NCBI GenBank assembly: GCA_043228905.1
Contig: JBHGNT010000008.1
Coordinates: 9,362,001 to 9,426,000, forward strand
Reading direction: 5' to 3'
From: Azolla caroliniana
Lineage: Eukaryota; Plantae; Polypodiophyta
DNA: 64,000 nt
Shown: one piece after another, positions 40,589 through 52,544 of the stretch
Layout: the number at the start of each line of letters is the position of its first letter
How positions within the stretch are numbered: the first letter of the stretch is position 1
The notes under the pieces: generated by a model
The model's input: the letters and a program-made list of their open reading frames with translations, nothing else
Database searches by the model: none
What the model was told of the DNA's origin: nothing
Translations under genes and position numbers: made by a program

Positions 40589-40735
40589 ACCGGATGATGA
40601 ATAGTACCCGGCATGAAGCCGGATGAAGAGACCCCGGTTACGGAGCCGGATGACGAAGACCCGGTTACGGAGCCGGATGACGAAGACCCGGCTACGGAGC
40701 CGGATGATGAGTGTACCCGGAGAGAGATCCGGATG
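40589..40735 (+). repeat. 27-bp tandem repeats in U3 of E (also 45373-45547, with one extra unit)
   Basis: Unit GACGAAGACCCGG(T/C)TACGGAGCCGGAT. Confidence 0.92.
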
Positions 40736-41215
40736 CGGGGACATATTTGTGAATATGTTTGCCAAGAGCCCTTGAGGCTATATTTGGAAATAGCCCGAAA
40801 GTCATATGTGTATAAATATGACTTAGGGCAAACAGTTTCTGTTGCTGCTCATTTTTCTGTTTTCACTTAGAGGGAGCGAAGTGAGAGCAGCCGAGAGAGA
40901 GAGAGAGAGAGAAACGAAGAGGTCGACGCCTCTGTGTAATACCGCCGCCTGTGGCGAGGACAGCGAGCTCAAGGTCGTCGCCTTGCAGCTCGCCATTGTA
41001 TATTTCTCTGTGCATAGTTTGGTTTGGAGTCTCGCACTCCCGTGGTTTTTCCCGTATAGGGTTTTCCACGTTAATCCCTGTGTATCGCGTCTTTCTCTGT
41101 ATTTCCTATTTTCTGCTGCATTGATCCGCGATTACTCGGTTGTGGCCGAGTGGAGAAGGTGAATCAAACCGGTGATTCCCCACAAACTGGTATCAGAGCG
41201 ACGGCAGTGCAGAAA

Positions 41216-44200
41216 ATGGAAGGCGGCAGCAGCGGGCAGCCGGGGATGATGGTGCTGAATGCGCAGAACTACGCCGACTGGAAGATCAAGATGGAGGATC
41301 TTCTGATTGTTCGGGACCTGTACGAACCGATTGACAGGTCGGAAATACCGAAAGGGGTACTTGAGTCGGAGTGGAAGCTCCTGAACCCGAAAGCCGTAGC
41401 AACGATCCGACAATATGTCGATGTAAGCGTCCTACAACATGTGGCGAACGACACCAACGCATACGAGATGTGGAAGAAGCTGTCGGGCCTCTACGAGAGG
41501 AAGAATGCGTTGAACCGGACCTCCCTGATGAGGAAGATAGTGAATCTCAAGTACCGGGACGGCGAGAGTATGGTGGAACACGTAAGCACGTTCATGGGAT
41601 TCGTGAACCAGCTTGCGGCGATTAAGTTCCCGTTGGAGGATGCAATGCAAGCCATCATCCTGATGTGTACATTGCCGGAAAGCTGGGAGAACTTGGTGGT
41701 GACTCTCAGCACCTCGTGCACCGAAGATAACTTGTCCTTACAAACGGTAAAGACAAGTATTTTGAACGAAGAAGCGCGTCGGAGAGATAAAGAACCGGCT
41801 TCCGACACGAAGGCGCTGCTTACCGAATCGGATCGGGGAAGACAATGGAACCGGAGTCCGCAAAGACGGGAGAAGTCGGGGACCCGGTCGCAGTCAAGAG
41901 GAAGGCCTACATGCTTCCACTGTGGGAAGCCGGGGCACTTCCGGAAGAATTGTCGGCATTACCGAAAGGACAACGGAGCCGACGACACCGATTTGAAGAA
42001 GTCACCGGAGCGAAACGGTGCATACCGGGGAGCCACGGACCGGAGAGGTCCGGATCGGCGAGGGCAGGACCGGAAAGGAACGACAGCACTCGCGGCAAGT
42101 GAAGAAGAGATAATGCTCATTACCGAAGAGAGGGAGCTGAACCTTGCCGGAGAAGAGATGACCTGGGTGGTCGATTCCGGAGCGTCGTTCCACCTGACCC
42201 CGGAGAAGAAATACTTCTCATCCTACACAGCCGGTGAGCATGGCTGTGTCCGGATGGGAAATGAAGGTACGTGCCGGATTGCCGGCATAGGAGACGTGTG
42301 GCTGATGACATCAACCGGATGCAAAATGCTGCTGAAGGATGTTCGACACGTTCCGGAGGTTCGATTGAACCTGATTTCGGCTGGGAGGCTAGACGATGAA
42401 GGCTACACGGGTAGCATCCGGAACGGTGTCATGAAGTTCAGCAAGGGGAGTCTGATAGTGGCTCGGGCCCGGAAAGTCAACACACTGTACCTGATGAATT
42501 CCCGGCTATGTCCGGAGGAGCTGAACGTGGCAGCTGACACTGCCGGTGAGCTGTGGCACAAGAGACTGTGCCACATGAGTGAGAAGGGGATGAAGAGGCT
42601 TGCAGATGACAACCTCATTCCAGTGAAGCATGTGCACCTGGAGAAGTGCACCAATTGCCTGGCCGGTAAGCAGAACCGAACCTCCTTCCACTCAAGGCCA
42701 CCGACGAGACGTAGCGCACCATTGGAGTTGGTGCACACTGACGTGTGTCAAGTGGAAACGAAGTCACATGGCGGAGCCCAGTACTTCGTGACATTCATTG
42801 ATGACCACAGCCGGAAGCTGTGGACGGCACCGTTGAAGACAAAGGACCAAGTATTGTCCGTCTTCAAAGAACTCCACGCGAGAGTGGAAAGAGAATCCGG
42901 CAAGGAGCTGAAAGCGATACGAGCGGATAACGGAGGGGAATACCGGGGGCAGTTCCAGGAGTACTGTCGCTCGAAGGGAATCCGGCTCGAGTTTACAGTG
43001 CCGAAGACGCCGGAACTGAACGGGCTGGCCGAGAGGATGAACCGGACCATAATGGAGAGGGTCCGGAGTATGCTGGCGCATGCGAAATTACCCAAGGGGT
43101 TTTGGGCTGAGGCAATGTCGACGGCGACATACGTGATTAACAGATCACCCTCAGTACCTTTGGACGGAGACACGCCGCAGAGAGTGTGGACCGGTAGGGA
43201 AGTGTCCTACCGGCATCTGAAGGTGTTCGGGTGTCTCGCATATGTGCATGTGGCAAAGGACCGGAGAGGAAAGCTAGATCCAAAGACCCGTCCATGCATA
43301 TTCCTCGGTTACGGCGACGACGAGTTCGGCTACCGAGTATGGGACCCGGTCGACAAGAAGATATTCAGGAGTCGTGATATCATCTTCATGGAGGACAAGA
43401 CACTCGCCGAATGGGAGTCGGAGAAGAAGATGAAGAGCTCCAAGTCGACCGGTGAGAATCAACTCTACGAGGAGCAGTCCCGACCGGCAAGGGACCGGTT
43501 AGCACTCGAGGATCCGGCCGAAGACGGTGAAGAAACAGAACCGGCCGAAGAAGATGAATATGATACCGGAACCGGCCCCGATCCCGAAATGGATTCGGAT
43601 GAAGAAGAATCGGAAGAACCGGTTACCGAAGCTCCGGAACGGAGATATCCTCTAAGAGAGAGAAGGGCCCCCCGGAGATTTCCAGAACCAGAGCACGTGC
43701 TGCTAACCGACGAGGGGGAGCCGGAGAGCTTTGAAGAAGCGAAGCATGACACCCATAGCCGCAGGTGGTTAAGTGCCATGCAGGAGGAGATGGATTCCCT
43801 GCATGAGAACCACACATATGAACTCGTGGAGTTGCCGAAAGGAAAACGGGCACTCCGTAACAAGTGGGTGTTCAAGCTGAAACCGGGAGATGCCGGAAAC
43901 CCCCCAAGATACAAAGCCAGGATCGTGGTGAAGGGGTTCCAGCAGAAGAAGGGCGTCGACTTCGACGAGATATTTGCCCCGGTAGTGAAGATGACCTCCA
44001 TCCGGACGGTGCTGAGCATAGCGGCAAGCATGGACCTCGAGGTAGAACAGATGGACGTGAAGACGGCATTCCTTCACGGTGACCTCGAAGAAGAGATCTA
44101 CATGCAGCAACCGGAAGGATTCGAGAAGAAAGAGAAGGAGCACCTGGTATGCCGGTTGAAGAAGAGCCTTTACGGACTGAAGCAGGCTCCCCGGCAATGG

Positions 44201-45289
44201 TACCGGAAGTTCGACTCCTTCATGACCGACGAAGGGTACCTCAAAACGCAGTCCGACCACTGCGTGTTTGTGAAGAAGTTCGAAGGAGGAGACTTTCTAA
44301 TACTCCTCCTGTACGTGGACGACATGTTGATCGTCGGACGGGACCAGGTCAAGATACGGATGCTGAAGAAGGCTCTTCACCGAACCTTCTCAATGAAGGA
44401 CCTGGGTCAGGCGAGGCAAATATTAGGGATGCACATCATCCGGGACCGGAAGAAGAAGCAGTTGTGGCTGTCACAGGAGAAGTACGTGACAAAGGTGCTT
44501 CAACGGTTCAACATGTCGGAAGCAAGACCGGTCGGATCGACCCTCCCGGCAAACTGCAAGCTGTCCAGCAAGCAAAGTCCCAAGACAAAGGCTGAAAAGG
44601 AGGATATGATGAAAGTACCATATGCCTCTGCCGTCGGAAGCTTGATGTACGCAATGGTGTGTACAAGACCGGACATTGGATACGCAGTCGGAGTGGTGAG
44701 CCGGTACATGAGCAATCCCGGTAAGGAGCACTGGAACGCGGTCAAATGGACACTCCGATACCTGAAGGGCACGGCAAACGTGTGCCTCCGATTCGGCTCC
44801 GGTAAGCCCGAACTCGATGGATTTACCGATTCGGATATGTCGGCTGATGCAGATACCAGCCGGTCCACATCAGGGTATGTGATGACGTATGCAGGGGGAG
44901 CTGTTTCGTGGCAGTCGAGGCTGCAGAAGACGGTTGCGTTGTCAACCACGGAGGCGGAGTACATGGCGGCTGTTGAAGCCGGCAAGGAAATAATATGGAT
45001 GAAGGACTTCATTAGAGAGCTCGGTATCCGGCAGGAGGAGTACCGACTCTACTGCGACAGTCAGAGTGCCATCCACCTTGCGAAGAACGCGGCCTATCAC
45101 TCCCGGACGAAGCACATCCAGCGAAGATATCACTGGATCCGGGAAAGGATAGAAGACCAGGAGTTCGTGTTGACGAAGATCCACACGGACGAGAACGGGT
45201 CAGATATGCTGACCAAGGTGCTCACACCCGACAAGCTAGAAGCATGCCGGAAGAGGATCGGATTGGAGAGACATCCCATGCCGAAGTGA
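41216..45289 (+). CDS. Copia E gag-pol polyprotein (1357 aa): gag, CCHC, protease, integrase, RT, RNase H
   Basis: Uninterrupted ORF with CFHCGKPGHFRKNC, WVVDSGASFH, WHKRLCH...CTNC, VHTDV...RADNGGEY...NGLAER, LLYVDDML, FTDSD...TEAEY...YCDSQSA. The first ATG after the PBS is at 41216. Confidence 0.97.
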   Translation: MEGGSSGQPGMMVLNAQNYADWKIKMEDLLIVRDLYEPIDRSEIPKGVLESEWKLLNPKAVATIRQYVDVSVLQHVANDTNAYEMWKKLSGLYERKNALNRTSLMRKIVNLKYRDGESMVEHVSTFMGFVNQLAAIKFPLEDAMQAIILMCTLPESWENLVVTLSTSCTEDNLSLQTVKTSILNEEARRRDKEPASDTKALLTESDRGRQWNRSPQRREKSGTRSQSRGRPTCFHCGKPGHFRKNCRHYRKDNGADDTDLKKSPERNGAYRGATDRRGPDRRGQDRKGTTALAASEEEIMLITEERELNLAGEEMTWVVDSGASFHLTPEKKYFSSYTAGEHGCVRMGNEGTCRIAGIGDVWLMTSTGCKMLLKDVRHVPEVRLNLISAGRLDDEGYTGSIRNGVMKFSKGSLIVARARKVNTLYLMNSRLCPEELNVAADTAGELWHKRLCHMSEKGMKRLADDNLIPVKHVHLEKCTNCLAGKQNRTSFHSRPPTRRSAPLELVHTDVCQVETKSHGGAQYFVTFIDDHSRKLWTAPLKTKDQVLSVFKELHARVERESGKELKAIRADNGGEYRGQFQEYCRSKGIRLEFTVPKTPELNGLAERMNRTIMERVRSMLAHAKLPKGFWAEAMSTATYVINRSPSVPLDGDTPQRVWTGREVSYRHLKVFGCLAYVHVAKDRRGKLDPKTRPCIFLGYGDDEFGYRVWDPVDKKIFRSRDIIFMEDKTLAEWESEKKMKSSKSTGENQLYEEQSRPARDRLALEDPAEDGEETEPAEEDEYDTGTGPDPEMDSDEEESEEPVTEAPERRYPLRERRAPRRFPEPEHVLLTDEGEPESFEEAKHDTHSRRWLSAMQEEMDSLHENHTYELVELPKGKRALRNKWVFKLKPGDAGNPPRYKARIVVKGFQQKKGVDFDEIFAPVVKMTSIRTVLSIAASMDLEVEQMDVKTAFLHGDLEEEIYMQQPEGFEKKEKEHLVCRLKKSLYGLKQAPRQWYRKFDSFMTDEGYLKTQSDHCVFVKKFEGGDFLILLLYVDDMLIVGRDQVKIRMLKKALHRTFSMKDLGQARQILGMHIIRDRKKKQLWLSQEKYVTKVLQRFNMSEARPVGSTLPANCKLSSKQSPKTKAEKEDMMKVPYASAVGSLMYAMVCTRPDIGYAVGVVSRYMSNPGKEHWNAVKWTLRYLKGTANVCLRFGSGKPELDGFTDSDMSADADTSRSTSGYVMTYAGGAVSWQSRLQKTVALSTTEAEYMAAVEAGKEIIWMKDFIRELGIRQEEYRLYCDSQSAIHLAKNAAYHSRTKHIQRRYHWIRERIEDQEFVLTKIHTDENGSDMLTKVLTPDKLEACRKRIGLERHPMPK

Positions 45290-48200
45290 AGGGGGAGTTT
45301 GTTGGGATTTCGGTCCCTCCGGATGGGATGTCCCCGGAGATAAATGACGGCAAGCCCGGTTGCGGTTACGGAACCGGATGATGAATAGTACCCGGCATGA
45401 AGCCGGATGAAGAGACCCCGGTTACGGAGCCGGATGACGAAGACCCGGTTACGGAGCCGGATGACGAAGACCCGGCTACGGAGCCGGATGATGAAGACCC
45501 CGGCTACGGAGCCAGATGATGAGTGTACCCGGAGAGAGATCCGGATGCGGGGACATATTTGTGAATATGTTTGCCAAGAGCCCTTGAGGCTATATTTGGA
45601 AATAGCCCGAAAGTCATATGTGTATAAATATGACTTAGGGCAAACAGTTTCTGTTGCTGCTCATTTTTCTGTTTTCACTTAGAGGGAGCGAAGTGAGAGC
45701 AGCCGAGAGAGAGAGAGAGAGAGAAACGAAGAGGTCGACGCCTCTGTGTAATACCGCCGCCTGTGGCGAGGACAGCGAGCTCAAGGTCGTCGCCTTGCAG
45801 CTCGCCATTGTATATTTCTCTGTGCATAGTTTGGTTTGGAGTCTCGCACTCCCGTGGTTTTTCCCGTATAGGGTTTTCCACGTTAATCCCTGTGTATCGC
45901 GTCTTTCTCTGTATTTCCTATTTTCTGCTGCATTGATCCGCGATTACTCGGTTGTGGCCGAGTGGAGAAGGTGAATCAAACCGGTGATTCCCCACACAAT
46001 CTCCTTCTCATTGAATGTCGGGAGTCCGATGACGACTCCTTTCGATTTCATTGTGTAATGAAAGGGATATGATTCTTGTGAAGCAAAAGAGATATGAGTT
46101 ATGTGTGTGCATGAGAGAGAGTGAGAGAGAGAGAGAGAGAGTGAGAGAGACAAGGAATAATACACAGAGAATACGCAAGGTAGATGGTATTAACAAAGGA
46201 GAAAGACTCAACATTATACAAAGAGGGAGGAGGGTGCTTTATATAGTCACCCTCTCTCTTCATTAACAACGCGACTCATGGAGCATGGGCAATGTGAAAG
46301 CTCATAAGTTATGTGTCATACAATATGATTCTATGACTCATAATAAATGCTAGAATACAAAGTGGTGACTTAATGGTGACTCTTGACCGTTGGAGTGTCT
46401 ATTCACTCTCAAGGTGAGTTCACACACTAGACCAAGTTGAGCTTAATTCTCAACACGCCCCCTCAAGCTCACGTTGGGTCGGTATCAAACGGTATCCAAA
46501 ATCCGATTCAACTTGCGTTCTGGAATCCGTGTCGACTCGCTCAACTCGCTTTTATGCGGAGTTGCGGAATCCGTGCTCCAGCTTGTGTTGTGTGTAGTTG
46601 CGAAGTCTGTGCTTCGGCTTGCGTCTTTCTTCGCAGCTTTGCGTGGTAGATCGGCTCTTCGTAGCTTCGTTGCGTGGTTGCGTAATCCAGGCGTTCTTGC
46701 GTAGTGTGCGCGGTTTGCGGAATCCACGCGTTATTGCGTAATGTCTTCAGTACTCCCCCTCAAGCTTGGCAGGTCAGAGATCGTCAATCCGAGCTCGGTC
46801 ATAAACTGCCATAGCTTGTCGGCTCCTAATGCTTTATTGAAGATGTCGGTTGTTCGAATATTTGTGCTAATGTGTTGTAGGTCGACATCGCCAACTAGAA
46901 CGCGCTCTTGGATGAAGTAATAGTGCACTTCGATGTGGTTTGTACGCGCGTGGAACACCGGGATCCGAGCTAGATAGATACTACTCATGTTGTCGCAATA
47001 AAGGGAAGTCGGATCCTTGATGGGTACACCCCGATCCTTCAAAAATCCTCTTGAGCCATACGGCTTCACACGCTACTACAGTTGCGCCCCTGTATTCCGC
47101 CTCCGTACTTGAAAGAGCGACGGTAGGCTGCTTCTTACTACTCCAGGATATTGCTCCACTGCCGAGGGAGAAAACAAATACGGAGGTTGATCTTCTATCG
47201 GCTTTGTAACCGGCCCAATCGGCATCTGTGTAACCCTCGAGGCGTATTGGCATCGCGATCTTGTAGAGAATGCCGCAATCCATTGTGCCGCTCACGTACC
47301 GTAGAACTCGCTTAACGCAATCCAAGTGAGTATCACACAGTGTTTGCATGAATTGACTAACGACACCAACCGGATAACTGAGGTCGGGTCGAGTGATCGT
47401 GAGGTAGATGAGACTCCCGATGAGTTGCCGATACTGAGTCGGCTCACACGCTTTGGTGACGGAGTTCGCATTTAGTTTGAGATTACGATCGAGCGGGGTT
47501 GCCACGGATTTGCATTTAGCCATACCGAACTTGTATAACAAGTTGAGGATGTAGTGCCGTTGAGAAATCATGATTCCGGCCGGAGTCCAAATTACCTCGA
47601 TGCCGAGGAAGTAGTGGAGTTCCTTCATTTCCGTCATCTCGCACTTGTCAGAAAGGAGGGATTTAACCTTATTGATTTCAACGAGATGCTCACCTCCAAT
47701 GACTAGGTCATCCACATATAAGATGATGACGATCAGACTTGCGGAATCGCTTCGTATGTAGAGGGAGTTGTCCGATTTTGACATACAAAAGCCAATTTGA
47801 TGAAGATATTGTGTTATCTTCAAATGTCAAGCATGCGGTGCTTGCTTGAGGCCGTAGAGTGGCCTCTTGAGTCGGCATACAACTTTCGGATGGGTGTTCG
47901 AGTTGAAGCCGGGTGGTTGTATCATGTACAATTTGATGAAGATATTGTGTTATCTTCGAATGTCAAGCATGCAATGCTTGCTTGAGGCCGTAGAGTGGCT
48001 TCTTGAGTCGGCATACAACTTTCGGACGGGTGTTCGAGTTGAAGCCGGGTGGTTGTATCATGTACACCTCCTCTTCTAATTCGCATTGTAGAAAGGCGTT
48101 CTTGACGTCCATTTGATGGAGGTGCCACCCTTTCGCCGCGGTAAGTGCAATTACGGTCCATACCGTAGTCATCTTTACCACCGGGGCAAAGGTCTCTTCG

Positions 48201-51200
48201 TAGTCAACTCCGTGCATTTGTGCGTAGCCTTTTGCTAGGAGTCACGCTTTGTAGCGGTTGACGGAACCGTCGGAGTTGTACTTCACTTTGTAGATCCATC
48301 TGCATTCGATCGCCTTTTTGTGCGGTGAGGTGGGAACGAGATCCCACGTCTCATTCTTCCGTAGTGCCTGCATCTCCTCGTTCATTGCTTCGATCTATCG
48401 CGGGTCCTTCGCAGCTTCAGAAAAGTTTTCTGGCTCCCATACTGTTACTACCTTCATCATAAAGGCGTAATGGTACGCCATATAATCGTTGTAGCCGAAT
48501 TGGCTTACGAGGTTCTTTTCACGGGTGGATCGGCGAAGCTTTTCATTTGCAGAGATGAGGGGTTTCTTAGATCCGATTGGTGCTTCGAAACCGCCGAACT
48601 TATTGTCGAGTGAGTGAGTCGACTCATCGTCGTCGACGCGATCGTGGGCATATTCCGCCATTTTCGTCTTGCCTTTGTCCATCATCGGGCTAGGCCGTGA
48701 TGTGCTTTGATTGCTCAAAGGCTCTTGTGGTTCTCTTAGTCGGGTCGTGATCGGACTTTCTTCGAACATGCGCGTAAGGCTATCTTCATCCTCTTTCTCT
48801 TGTTCGATGGATTCCGGGTCGAGCGAAGTTGGAGTCGGAGTTGTCTCCGGTGCGTACCAGGATGCGGACTCGTTGAAAACGACGTCTCAACTTACGCGAG
48901 ATTTTTGAGTTGAGGGGTTGTAGCACTTGTACCCCTTTTGCTCGAATGAGTATCCCACGAGGATACATTTCTCCGATTCGAATCAAGCTTTTGACGCTTC
49001 TCGTCTGGGATGTGCACGTACGATATTGGACCGAATATGCGGATGTGCGATAAATCTGGCTTCTTTCCGAAGTATTTTTCGTGCGCAGTGACCTCGTGCA
49101 CGCCGGATGTTGTGCACCGGTTCATTAGGTAGACGACGGTTGTCGCGAATTTTCGCGAGTACGTGTAGATCCTAGGCGGGACCACGGGGGTCTCGGACTA
49201 GGGAGAAGAGGAGAAAGGTTAAGACAACGAATGGAAGATTAGCTCATAGCTCAAGAGGAGAAGAGAACGAATATGACATTATGATAGAAGAAGAAGAAGA
49301 AGAAAAAGAAGATGAAGAAGATGGAGTCAAGATACTCAACAAGAAGTTCTATTAAGAAAACATAAATGCTTTACAATGGTGGCCGCCATGGCCGCACCAA
49401 ACGACTATATCAAAAACCCTAAAGGAAAACCCAAGAAGAAAACCCTAACCGAAACCCTAAAACCGAATAGGAAACCCTCGACCTAAGTGGTATGCCTCTC
49501 TCCCTCAAAATAGGCAACCCTTCATAAGTGACCCCTCCCTTCCTTTTATAGCCCAAGGAGGGAGGGACCTTACAATGTGGGATAAAATTTCCCCTCTCTT
49601 TCTATACACCATATCCTAGTTTACATGTGCACATGTAACACACCACCGCCTTGCCCTTCCCATCCCGATTTCCGCGTATGGATGAAAATCTTCACGACAT
49701 TCACCCCCACCAAACCGTACATCCATCGGTATGTGCCAAGAAAGGAAAAGGGTGAGAGATTTCGGCGACGGTGATCAACTGGGTCTTTCGCCTTACCGGC
49801 ACCCAACCGTCTTGCCGGTCCCTTGCCGGCGCCGATACGTCTTGTCGGCTCCTTACCGGCCCCGACCCGTTAGCTCCATCCGATCCACCACGTCCACCAT
49901 GTGTCCCCAAACCGCCATATCCACCACATGCGCCTTCCTCCCCGGTCGGTCCTCCCGAACGCCATTGCCGATCCAGTCACTCTTTCTTTGTCTGCCACGT
50001 AGGTCCTCCGATTAGGCCCTTGGTCACCCCGTTTGCTCGCTGGATTCTGCCCCTCGCATACCGCTTGTGTTCTATCTCTGGCTCGATCCTCCCTTCGTCT
50101 CGAACACCTCGTGCCGATTCCCTCCGTTTCGCGCTCACCTTCCGTAGGCTCTTTCCGTGGGCCCTTGTTGTCTCCCAAACATGCGGTCGTTCTTCGGTCC
50201 CTCGACGACCTCATTACACGCTCCTCGCTTCTCCGTTGCGTGCCGTGCTCTCTCGCCGTAGAGCGTACCGTCATCCCGACCACCATGTCAGTGTCCTTCG
50301 CGACTCCCATTACCGCTTCATCCCGTCTCTCGTCCTCTTGGCCCACTTGGCCTCGCATGCCTTCCGGGACGCCACGCTTCCATAGCCCGTTGCTCTCCAC
50401 GCACCTCCTCTGGTTCTCAAGACATAGCCTTCCATGCTCGCCGATCATCCTCGTGCTTGTCGTTCGGCCCTTACGCGGCCACATCGCACATCTCGCACTC
50501 CGCTCCGCTCTGCGTACCCTTTCGGAAAGGTACGTTGCTTCCCCGACATCCGTGTCGGTGCTCTCGTCTTCGGTGTCCTCCGCAACCTCCGATGTTGCCG
50601 CTTCGCCCCGAGGTACACCCTCTTGTTCCGCCTCGCATGTCCTCCAGATGCGCTCCGGATCTCTCCGGTCGCACTCCGGTTTCCGCCCTTGGCGTGCCGC
50701 TCCTTTGGTTTTATCGTCTCCGCATGTCGAACACCTCGGTGTGTCGACTCTTCCCACTCCACGCTTGCCTTCCGAATATGGACTTATTCTTTGGCCCTTA
50801 GGTGGCCCCATTCCGCATTCCTTGCCTCTCCTTTGCTCGTCGTGCTCTCTCGCCGTAGAGCATACCGTCATCCCGACCTCTGTGTCGGTGTCCCTCGAGG
50901 CTCTCGTTATCGCCTCGCCTCGACTTGCGCCCTCTTGGCCCGCTTGTCCTTGTATGCCCTCCGGGAAGCCGCCACGTTTTCTCTTCCCGTTGTTCTCCGA
51001 GCATCCCCTCCGTTTTCCCAGACACAATCCTTCGTTCATGCCGATCACGCCCATCTCGTTCTGTCGATCTTGGCGTCTCGTCACACCGCCCGTCGTCCCG
51101 CGCTTGCCTCTCGAAGGCTTCCTCCGACCATCATCGTCGGTCACTCGTTGCGGCTCTTCCGGGTGCATGCTTGCTTCTTGGCCCTTCGCCGGCCATAGTG

Positions 51201-52544
51201 CACGCTCCGTTCTACGCCGTAATGCATGCTTCATGTTACACGCTTCCCTCGTTGTAGTCCCGACCTCCGCGTCGGCCTCTTCGTATTTCGTTGCCGTAGC
51301 CCCTTTCGACTCCGGCTTGCTGTCTTGGCCATGCTCGTCCGCCTTCACGCACCGGGTACCCGTTCCTGTAGCCTCGTCCGTTCCGGTCTCCGACTCCTCA
51401 TTGCCTCCCGCCGTCTCTTTGGTCTTACGTCAATCCACAACCGCCAAAGTCTCAAGAATAGGTGAAGAGGGTCCCTCTCGCTCTTGGCCTCCCACCGAGT
51501 CGTACTCCTTGTGCATGCTTGGCCTCCTTCTCGTGCTCACCGGCTCCCACCGGGTGTTGTGGCATGTTCGCCTTGACCTCCAATCATGCCGACTTAGCCT
51601 TCGCCCGGATCGGTCTCGGCCGATCGTGTTCCGGTTTGGTCGGCTCCCTTCCGTAATCGTAACCGGCCGGTACATGTTTGTCCGAACAAATCTGGCCTTG
51701 CCGGCTCTTCTTCGGTTCGGGCCCGGTTGACCGGACCCCGCTCCAATCTTCTTCCGCATCGTCTTCCGGTCGTGTCGAATTATCGACCGGTTCATCTTCC
51801 GGTCGGGTCGGTTCCCGACTCTCTCCTCTTTGCCGCTCCTGACCTCTCCGTCGATCCTCTCGTATATGCCCGTTCCGGGCCTCGCATCCTCATCTTCGTA
51901 TGTGTTCACTCCGGGCCACGCCTCCTCACGGCCACCGCCCTTCTCTCCGGTCTGATGTTGGCATTCGAGCGCAACCGCCGTAGTCTCCGGTCTCGGTATC
52001 GAGAGGTCTTGCCTCCATCCGCTATGACCTTCCTCGTCATCATTTCGATCGTCCGCTTTGCGGCCGCCACCTTCCGTCTCTCCGGTCTCACGTGGGCTCT
52101 CGGGGCCGACCCCCGAAGTCTCTAGAATAGGTGTGGGAAAAGTCCCGGTACCGTTACTCGCCGATGCCATGTTCGTAGCCACCTTCGTTCGGACGCCGTG
52201 GTCCGTGGCTATCTCTTCCTCGTTCTCTTTGTCGCCGCGGTAGCCCGCCTTGCCGCCACCACTGCCCGTCGCTCTAGGTCTCATGCCAGCACTCGGGCCG
52301 ACCACCGGAACCTCTAGGGCCGGTGTGTGTAAGGTCGCGGCACCACCACTCGTTATGTCCATAGCCACATCTATCCGGACGTCGTTGTTCGTGGCTGCCC
52401 CGTCTCCAATCGCAGAAGCCTCGATTACTCTTGCCGCCTGCTCTTCCTCAATCTCCTTGCCATCGTCTTGGTTGCCCGCCTTGCCGCCGCCACCGTCCGT
52501 CGCTCTAGGTCTCACGCCGGCACTCGGGCAGGCCGCCGAAGCCT

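Larger units (their letters stand above)
40516..45996 (+). mobile_element. Intact young copia E (Tnt1/Tork-like), TSD CAATC
   Basis: LTRs 40516-41184 and 45300-45996 appear identical apart from one 28-bp repeat unit. PBS TGGTATCAGAGC at 41188-41199, PPT at 45288-45299, CAATC at 40511-40515 and 45997-46001. Confidence 0.98.
37742..46053 (-). mobile_element. Copia D fragment (integrase-RT-RNase H), LTR-less, interrupted by E; same family as C
   Basis: ORFs 39999-40445, 39279-39986, 38817-39065 and 37722-38591 are near-identical to C counterparts. Truncated at AATCCACGCG (37742) against the array and at 46053 against the C LTR. Confidence 0.9.

Noticed and set aside
41150-41215. ORF-track start of the 1379-aa polyprotein
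   Set aside because: It starts at a GTG inside the LTR and reads through the PBS. The ATG at 41216 is the plausible start.
49415-49480. Interstitial telomere
   Set aside because: Dispersed single AAACCCTA motifs within LTRs, not a tandem TTTAGGG tract.
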